Shown here in pieces: positions 7,660-13,320 of a stretch of 13,320 nucleotides of DNA. This stretch comes from a virus. The notes below the pieces were generated by a model. That model was given only the letters and a program-made list of their open reading frames with translations, ran no database searches and was not told where the DNA came from. Every line of letters begins with the position of its first letter. The first letter of the stretch is position 1. The stretch lies in the UHGV virus genome UHGV-1610946; one strand, written 5' to 3'. A program made the position numbers and the translations under genes.

Positions 7660-8622
7660 GTGAGTTCAGGTGCAAAGGTTATCTCGGCATTTATCCGGGA
7701 GACAGTTGCAGGCACTACGCCAGCAAGTGGTGACTGGAGTTTATTAAAACGCACAAGCTGGGGAGTAAAACCCACCCAGAATAAAGGCGAAAATAATGAG
7801 ATTGGTGGCTCCCGGATGGCTCAGGGGGCGACGCCTGGCACTGTGGATGTCGGCGGTGATGTTGGTACCAAATTTCGCTGGGGTCAACATGATGATTTTC
7901 TTGCATCCTGTTTCGGCGCGGAATGGTCAGGCGATTCTCTGACAATGGGGAATGAGCGAATAACATTTTCTCTGGCGACCTATGCGTCCGATGTCGGAAT
8001 TGCCTCTGTCGTCAGAGGAGCGCAGGTTGGCTCATGGAAAATGCAGATCCCTAACGACGGCGATATTACAGCGACCGTAACCTTTGCCGGGCTGGGCTGG
8101 GAAACAAAGGCCGATGATACGAATTTTATCAAAGGCAAACCTGTGGATAGTGCAGGAAAGTTACGCTATTCGTTTAAGGAGGTTTCAGCAGTAAGCCTGA
8201 ATGGTGTTGCCGGAGGTAACGGTTTTTGTATCGACAGTTTTGATATTCAGTTCGATAACAAACTCCAGACACAGCGTTGTATCGGGACTGGCTCGCCTTA
8301 TGCAGGAGCAAATATTCCGACTACTTTTACACCGTCCGGTACGGTGACGCTTTCATGGTCTAAAGCCGCGTGGGAAATCTGGAGTAAAACACTGACTGGA
8401 GAAACAGTTCCGTTCAGCTTCACGCTTTCGAATGGAGAGGGGGCATACACTTTCAGTTTCCCGAAGGTTCAGGTGTCAGGTGAATGGCCTGATGGGGGTA
8501 ATACTGACATTATCCAGGTTCAATTGAGCATTACCGCAGCAGATGAAGCACCTACGATAACCAGAAAAAAATGCTCCCCGACTGCCGTGATCGCAAAAGC
8601 CAGTGCTGATGCGATTAGTTGA
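7660..8622 (+). CDS. Major tail (tube) protein (putative)
   Basis: 320-aa ORF with GTG start and a strong Shine-Dalgarno (AGGAGG at 7648-7653, 6-nt spacer). Lies directly upstream of the chaperone frameshift pair and tape measure gene, the conserved major tail position. Product is rich in Gly/Ser/Thr. Confidence 0.65.
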   Translation: MSSGAKVISAFIRETVAGTTPASGDWSLLKRTSWGVKPTQNKGENNEIGGSRMAQGATPGTVDVGGDVGTKFRWGQHDDFLASCFGAEWSGDSLTMGNERITFSLATYASDVGIASVVRGAQVGSWKMQIPNDGDITATVTFAGLGWETKADDTNFIKGKPVDSAGKLRYSFKEVSAVSLNGVAGGNGFCIDSFDIQFDNKLQTQRCIGTGSPYAGANIPTTFTPSGTVTLSWSKAAWEIWSKTLTGETVPFSFTLSNGEGAYTFSFPKVQVSGEWPDGGNTDIIQVQLSITAADEAPTITRKKCSPTAVIAKASADAIS

Positions 8623-8634
8623 TTTTCCGTTATT

Positions 8635-8661
8635 CCCCCTGTGGTACTGCACTACAGGGGG
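8635..8661 (+). promoter_or_regulatory. Hairpin after the major tail gene whose 3' arm overlaps the likely RBS of the chaperone gene
   Basis: CCCCCTGT(8635-8642) and ACAGGGGG(8654-8661) are perfect reverse complements (8-bp stem, up to 11 bp with a wobble). No T-run follows. The GGGGG of the right arm is the only Shine-Dalgarno-like element for ATG 8671. Confidence 0.45.
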
Positions 8662-8670
8662 ACGCATTGA

Positions 8671-9132
8671 ATGAGGTTATGGATGTTTATTCTTAATCAG
8701 AAAATTATCATCGGTGGAGAACGCTGGTTTACGCCAATGAAGGACTTAAAACCTGTAGACGGGTTAAAACTGTTGGTGGCAAGCAGCGATAACGATCAGT
8801 ATCGCTCCCGTAATGCATTAATCCGTCGTCACATTGAGAAAATGGATGCCAGTTTGCACGTCGGAACGAAGGAGTTTGATATTTCAAAGGTTTCCGAGGT
8901 AGATTCTGTTGATGATTTACTCATTGATAATGCTGCTCGTTATCTGCTGAAAGACTGGAAAGGGGTTGGTGAACTGGTTAATGGTGCTGAGGTTGCACTG
9001 GAATATACGCCAGAACGAGGGATCGCGCTGCTTAAGCAGAATCCAGAGTTGTACTGGCAGATCCTTGCAGAAGCAGCCAGCATCGCCCAGGGTAAAGAGC
9101 AGCAGAAGCAGGATACGATAAAAAAGCCATAG
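8671..9132 (+). CDS. Tail assembly chaperone (lambda gpG-like)
   Basis: 153-aa acidic ORF between the major tail and tape measure genes. A slippery heptamer lies 4 nt before its stop, and an overlapping -1 frame stays open for about 105 further codons. Start could instead be an in-frame ATG at 8683 or 8737. Confidence 0.6.
   Translation: MRLWMFILNQKIIIGGERWFTPMKDLKPVDGLKLLVASSDNDQYRSRNALIRRHIEKMDASLHVGTKEFDISKVSEVDSVDDLLIDNAARYLLKDWKGVGELVNGAEVALEYTPERGIALLKQNPELYWQILAEAASIAQGKEQQKQDTIKKP
9120..9126 (+). promoter_or_regulatory. Programmed -1 ribosomal frameshift slippery site A_AAA_AAG
   Basis: In the chaperone frame the codons are ATA AAA AAG CCA TAG. The heptamer A AAA AAG (9120-9126) is a classic Lys-tRNA slippery sequence. 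The -1 frame has no stop from 9096 to 9440. Confidence 0.6.
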
Positions 9133-9440
9133 CCGCCCAGCGGTGGTTATCGGAGTTCGGGGGAGAAAGGGGGGAAAAGGCAAGATGGAAGCGAGAAAAA
9201 CTCAGGTTGCCACCGATACCGGAACCAGAAATAGACCCGGTGCTTAAGGAATTGTTGTACGCCTATTCGGTAATATCCCGTGCCCGACGTTATGCTGGAA
9301 TGACCGGGGTGCCTTTGCCTTTATCTCTGACAGAGATAAATGAATATTTAGCCACTCATCCGGTATTGATTGAGCGCGATGAGTTTGAAGCAGTGATCTT
9401 TGCACTGGATGACCAGTATTTTCAGGATCAGTGTGTGTAG
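9123..9440 (+). CDS. Frameshift extension of the tail assembly chaperone (lambda gpT-like part of a G-T fusion)
   Basis: Frame is open from 9096 to the stop at 9438-9440 and is entered by a -1 slip at 9120-9126. The supplied ORF 9207..9440 has no ATG (it begins at TTG) and no RBS, consistent with expression only as a fusion. Predicted fusion is about 255 aa. Confidence 0.55.
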   Translation, partial: KAIAAQRWLSEFGGERGEKARWKREKLRLPPIPEPEIDPVLKELLYAYSVISRARRYAGMTGVPLPLSLTEINEYLATHPVLIERDEFEAVIFALDDQYFQDQCV

Positions 9441-9560
9441 TTGTTAATTACGTACACTCTGTTACAGAGATGTGATGGTGTCTTTAATTAAATCGATGAT
9501 GCTCCTGGAGAAAAGCATTGCGTGGCCTCGTAATCGCTATATCTACTATTATGTCGCCTG

Positions 9561-9587
9561 AAACCCACTTCGGTGGGCTTTTTGTTG
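9561..9587 (+). terminator. Terminator-like hairpin (5-bp stem, cUUCGg tetraloop, T5 run) upstream of the tape measure gene
   Basis: CCCAC(9564-9568) TTCG GTGGG(9573-9577) followed by CTTTTTGTTG. It lies in a 163-bp non-coding gap between the chaperone extension and the tape measure start, 17 nt before that gene's GGAG Shine-Dalgarno. Confidence 0.5.
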
Positions 9588-9603
9588 TCTGGAGTTTTAA
9601 TAA

Positions 9604-12600
9604 ATGGCAGAGCAAACCTCGCGTCTCGCAATAATTATTGATAGCACTGGAGCAAAAAATAATGCTGACAATCTGACCTCCTCATTAGTCAAAATGACGC
9701 AGGCCGGGGAAACTGCTGCAAATAGCGCAGGGAAAGTGACTAAGGCAACAGAAGATGAGAAGAACGCGCTCGCAAAATTAAAAGCAGCTATTGATCCAGT
9801 TGGTGCCGCAATTGATACTGTCGGTCGACGCTATTCTGAATTAAAGAAATTTTTCGATAAAGGGCTTATTGATAAAGAAGAATATGAATTTCTTGTCCGT
9901 AAACTTAATGAAACCACAGAGGAATTGAGCGGGGTTGCGCAAGCGCAGAGAGAAGCCGAGAAGGCCGGAAAACTTGCTGCCGCCCAGCAGGAAGCGCAGG
10001 CTCAGGCCTTTCAAAGAATGCTGGACAAGATCGACCCTCTGGCTGCGGCGCTAAGAAATCTTGAACAACAGCAGGATGAACTTAATGCTGCGTTTGCATC
10101 CGGGAAAATAAATGGTTCTCAGTTTGAGAATTATAGCCGAAAAATACAGGAAACACGGCGAGAGCTTACCGGAGAGGCTCAGGCAGAGCGAGAAGCAGCA
10201 AAAGCGCATGATGAACAGGTTGCTGCTTTGCAACGTCTGATTGCTCAACTTGACCCTGTCGGAACTGCTTTTAATCGTCTGGTAGAACAACAGAAACAGC
10301 TCAATGAAGCAAAAGCTAAGGGGATGCTCTCTCCTGAAATGTATGAGGAACTTTCTGGAAAACTTCGTGCTATGCGGAGTGAGCTTGAGGTTACTCAATC
10401 TCAATTAAGCAAAACCGGAATGTCGGCAAAACAAACGGCTTTTGCTATGCGCATGTTGCCTGCACAAATGACGGATATTGTTGTTGGGTTGTCCACTGGT
10501 CAGTCGCCTTTTATGGTGTTAATGCAGCAGGGCGGCCAGCTAAAAGATATGTTCGGTGGGATTGGCCCGGCGATCAAAGGTGTTGGTTCTTATGTGCTGG
10601 GATTAATTAATCCTTTTACCCTGGCCGCAGCAGCCGTTGGCGTCTTAGGGCTGGCTTACTATAAAGGCTCTCAGGAGCAGGACGAATTTAATAAATCTCT
10701 TATTCTTACCGGAAATCAGTTGGGGACAACCAGCGGGCAATTGGCCGATATAGCTCAACGTGCCGGGAATGCGGCTGATTCGACAACTGGCGCTGCGGCG
10801 GCAGTATTAAACCAGCTTGTGCGTTCGGGAAAGGTAGCGAGCAGTTCGCTGGAGCAAGTGACGACAGCGATAGTAAAAACGAGCGAAGTAACAGGAATAT
10901 CAACCGAACAACTGGTTAATGACTTCAATGAAATTGCAAAGGATCCTGTCAGTGCCATATCAAAACTTAATGATCAGTACCATTTTCTGACAATTGCGAC
11001 TTATAACCAGATTAAGGCGCTACAGGATGAAGGGAACCAGCAGGAGGCCGCCCGCATTGCGACAGAAGCATACTCATCCTCAATGATCCAGCGCACCAAC
11101 CAGATTAAAGAAAATCTTGGTTATCTTGAGGCTGCATGGAAAGCTGTCGCAGACTCCGCAAAATGGGCATGGGATTCCATGCTGGACATTGGCCGTGAGG
11201 CCTCCCTTGATCAAAAAATCTCAGATGTTCTCCGTCAAATTGATGAAATAGAAAAAAATACCCGACCCGGAGTTTTCGGGTTAGGTGGCATTGGAGATGG
11301 CGGAGCTCAAAATAAAAGGCTGGCACGATTAAAGCAGCAATTGGGCGTACTTCAAGCAGAAAAAATTGCTCAGGACGTCCTAAATTCATCAATAAACGAT
11401 TACAACAAGCGACAACAGGAAGGAATTGAACTCAGACAGAGAGCAGATGCCTTTTCAAAACAATATCAGACCCGGGAGCAGCAGAGAGCTAGTGAACTTG
11501 CAAAACTGGAAAAGCTAAAGAGTCAGTATTCAAAGGAAGAATATAATAATTTTATCGCTCAAATAAATGAGCGTTATAAAGATCCAAAGCAACCAAAGGC
11601 GAAAGGTTATTCGGATGATGCTGCCCAACGAATGATTGATCATCTGAATCAACAGAATGCGTTACTAAGTTCACAAACTGAATTAACCGTTAAATTAAGT
11701 TCCTCTGAACAGGAACTGGTTAAGTGGCGTCAGCAGATTGCCGACCTGGAGTCACGACCGTCATCGAAATTAACCCAGGATCAGAAATCGCTTCTCTTAC
11801 ACCGGGAAGAAATAACCGCGTTGATGGAGAAAAATGTTGCGATTGAAAAAAATAACAGGCTAATCAAGGAATCCGCCGAAATAGCTGCATGGCGTGATTT
11901 ATTGCAGGCTTCGATTGATAATCGTCAACAGGGGTATGATATTCAGATTGCTGGTTATGGGGTTGGCGATAAAAATCAGCAACGCCAGCAGGAATTACTG
12001 CGGATTGAACGTGAATATAACAATCAGCGTCTGCAACTTGAACGTGACTATGCAGATAAATCCCGTGGGATGTCAAATCATGTTTTTCAGGAGAAAATGC
12101 AGGCTCTGAATGATGCTCTGGAACGAGAAAAAGAAATTGTCAGACAGAAAAACGAGCAGCTCGATATTCAGGCAGGAGACTGGGTTAGTGGTGCCTCCCA
12201 GGGATTCAATAACTGGCTGGATGACACTAAGGATATCAGTGAGCAGATAAAATCAACCACGACTCAGATGTTTGATGGAATGACCGATGCGCTGGGTGAT
12301 TTTGTCACGACAGGCAAGGCAAATTTTCGTTCTTTCGCTACTTCCGTGATTTCGGATCTTAGTCGAATAGCATTAAAGGCTTCAATTACTGGGATTTTCG
12401 ACAGCATTAGTAACAGTTCTTCGGGGGGGATTTTAGGAACTATCGGGAGTGCTATTAGTAAATTTATTCCGAATGCAAAGGGCGGTGTTTATGAGTCTCC
12501 GTCATTGAACACGTATTCGAACGGTATTTATGATTCCCCGCAATTTTTTGCTTTTGCAAAAGGGGCTGGTGTTTTTGGTGAGGCTGGTCCGGAAGCCATT

Positions 12601-12837
12601 ATGCCATTAACACGAACATCCGATGGTTCTCTTGGTGTCAGAGCTATTAATAGTAAAAGTGGTAATGGAGGCGGAGATATTACCTATGCCCCTGTATACC
12701 AAATCACTATTCAAAATGACGGCCAGAATGGAGAGATTGGCCCTCAGGCAATAAAAGCACTTATGGGGATGGTTGATCAGCGGGTGCAGGGCAATCTGTT
12801 AAATATGCGACGTGATGGGGGAATGTTAAGTGGCTAA
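9604..12837 (+). CDS. Tail tape measure protein (lambda gpH-like)
   Basis: 1077-aa ORF with Shine-Dalgarno GGAG 9 nt upstream, lying immediately downstream of the frameshifted chaperone pair and upstream of gpM/gpL homologues. It has a long coiled-coil-like N-terminal region with three internal repeats of roughly 70-80 aa, a hydrophobic Gly/Ala-rich segment ([35 protein letters not shown]), and a C-terminal [11 protein letters not shown] segment that resembles lambda-family tape measure C-termini as I recall them. Confidence 0.9.
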   Translation: MAEQTSRLAIIIDSTGAKNNADNLTSSLVKMTQAGETAANSAGKVTKATEDEKNALAKLKAAIDPVGAAIDTVGRRYSELKKFFDKGLIDKEEYEFLVRKLNETTEELSGVAQAQREAEKAGKLAAAQQEAQAQAFQRMLDKIDPLAAALRNLEQQQDELNAAFASGKINGSQFENYSRKIQETRRELTGEAQAEREAAKAHDEQVAALQRLIAQLDPVGTAFNRLVEQQKQLNEAKAKGMLSPEMYEELSGKLRAMRSELEVTQSQLSKTGMSAKQTAFAMRMLPAQMTDIVVGLSTGQSPFMVLMQQGGQLKDMFGGIGPAIKGVGSYVLGLINPFTLAAAAVGVLGLAYYKGSQEQDEFNKSLILTGNQLGTTSGQLADIAQRAGNAADSTTGAAAAVLNQLVRSGKVASSSLEQVTTAIVKTSEVTGISTEQLVNDFNEIAKDPVSAISKLNDQYHFLTIATYNQIKALQDEGNQQEAARIATEAYSSSMIQRTNQIKENLGYLEAAWKAVADSAKWAWDSMLDIGREASLDQKISDVLRQIDEIEKNTRPGVFGLGGIGDGGAQNKRLARLKQQLGVLQAEKIAQDVLNSSINDYNKRQQEGIELRQRADAFSKQYQTREQQRASELAKLEKLKSQYSKEEYNNFIAQINERYKDPKQPKAKGYSDDAAQRMIDHLNQQNALLSSQTELTVKLSSSEQELVKWRQQIADLESRPSSKLTQDQKSLLLHREEITALMEKNVAIEKNNRLIKESAEIAAWRDLLQASIDNRQQGYDIQIAGYGVGDKNQQRQQELLRIEREYNNQRLQLERDYADKSRGMSNHVFQEKMQALNDALEREKEIVRQKNEQLDIQAGDWVSGASQGFNNWLDDTKDISEQIKSTTTQMFDGMTDALGDFVTTGKANFRSFATSVISDLSRIALKASITGIFDSISNSSSGGILGTIGSAISKFIPNAKGGVYESPSLNTYSNGIYDSPQFFAFAKGAGVFGEAGPEAIMPLTRTSDGSLGVRAINSKSGNGGGDITYAPVYQITIQNDGQNGEIGPQAIKALMGMVDQRVQGNLLNMRRDGGMLSG

Positions 12838-12871
12838 TACGGAAGAATTTCACTGGTTACCAGAGGATGGA

Positions 12872-13168
12872 ATGAAAACAGAAAATAAACCATCGATAAA
12901 AACTGTAAGATTTGGCGATGGTTATGAGCAACGAAGTCCAAATGGACTTAATCATTCTCTGCGCGTTTTCACCTGTGATTTCAAAGTTGAGGCGAATGAA
13001 CGTGATTCATTTGAAAAATTTTTAGCCCGGCATGAAGGCTATAAATCTTTTTTTTGGCGCCCGCCTGGTATTAACAGAAAAATCAGAGTGGTGTGTCGAA
13101 CGTGGTCAGCGACAGAACATATCACCTATACCGATTTTTCGTGTCAGTTTGACGAAGTGGTGATCTGA
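12872..13168 (+). CDS. M: Minor tail protein, lambda gpM-like
   Basis: Translation from ATG 12872 (MKTENKPSIKTVRFGDGYEQRSPNGLN ... FDEVVI) aligns with lambda gpM as I recall it (MKTFRWKV...VRKVRFGDGYSQRAPAGLN ... FEQVVN), at similar length. Shine-Dalgarno GAGGA lies just upstream. The listed ORF starts at GTG 12830, overlapping the tape measure stop; 12872 is preferred by homology. Confidence 0.85.
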   Translation: MKTENKPSIKTVRFGDGYEQRSPNGLNHSLRVFTCDFKVEANERDSFEKFLARHEGYKSFFWRPPGINRKIRVVCRTWSATEHITYTDFSCQFDEVVI

Positions 13169-13281
13169 TGCAGGACATACAACAGGAAACGCTGAATGAA
13201 TGCATTCGTGCGGAGCAGTCGGCCAGCGTGGTGCTCTGGGAAATCGACCTGACCGAGGTAGGCGGGGATCGCTACTTTTTC
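13168..13281 (+). CDS. L: Minor tail protein, lambda gpL-like (N-terminal 38 codons only; truncated by adapter sequence)
   Basis: ATG overlaps the gpM stop (TGATG). Translation MQDIQQETLNECIRAEQSASVVLWEIDLTEVGGDRYFF is near-identical to the lambda gpL N-terminus as recalled (MQDIRQETLNECTRAEQSASVVLWEIDLTEVGGERYFF). The reading frame then runs into adapter at 13282. Confidence 0.85.
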
Positions 13282-13320
13282 AGATCGGAAGAGCGTCGTG
13301 TAGGGAAAGAGTGTAGATCT
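13282..13320. other. Illumina TruSeq adapter sequence (sequencing/assembly artefact)
   Basis: AGATCGGAAGAGCGTCGTGTAGGGAAAGAGTGTAGATCT is an exact 39-nt match to the reverse complement of the 3' end of the Illumina universal adapter (the standard read-2 trimming sequence). Confidence 0.95.

Noticed and set aside
9475-9561. 28-codon ORF (MVSLIKSMMLLEKSIAWPRNRYIYYYVA) in the spacer before the tape measure gene
   Set aside because: No convincing RBS, very short, and unusual composition. It ends exactly at the terminator hairpin, but that alone is not evidence of a leader peptide.
1-13320. CRISPR arrays, tRNA or rRNA genes, integrase or att sites, insertion sequences, or defence/anti-defence cargo
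   Set aside because: No regularly spaced direct repeats, no tRNA-like cloverleaf candidates, and no leftover ORFs were seen. Essentially every base is accounted for by structural genes, short spacers or the adapter. Any novel system associated with this prophage would lie outside this window.

Overview
The whole window is one co-directional (+ strand) late morphogenesis operon of a tailed, siphovirus-type phage or prophage with a lambda-like tail. Gene order is: 3' part of the large terminase (Walker A visible at the window start), portal, MuF-like head morphogenesis protein, scaffold, major capsid protein, a small unlisted ORF, four head-tail connector/neck proteins, major tail protein, tail assembly chaperone with a -1 frameshift extension (lambda G/G-T arrangement), tape measure protein (1077 aa), a gpM-like minor tail protein, and the start of a gpL-like protein. 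The last 39 nt of the window are an exact match to Illumina TruSeq adapter sequence, so the window ends at a contig-end artefact that truncates the gpL-like gene. Genes are tightly packed, and three intergenic hairpins with a cUUCGg tetraloop followed by a T-run punctuate the operon. I see no rRNA, tRNA, CRISPR array, integrase, att site, or defence/anti-defence cargo, and I cannot honestly point to a novel system here. Protein calls rest on gene order, size, motifs read from the translations and remembered family features, not on database searches.
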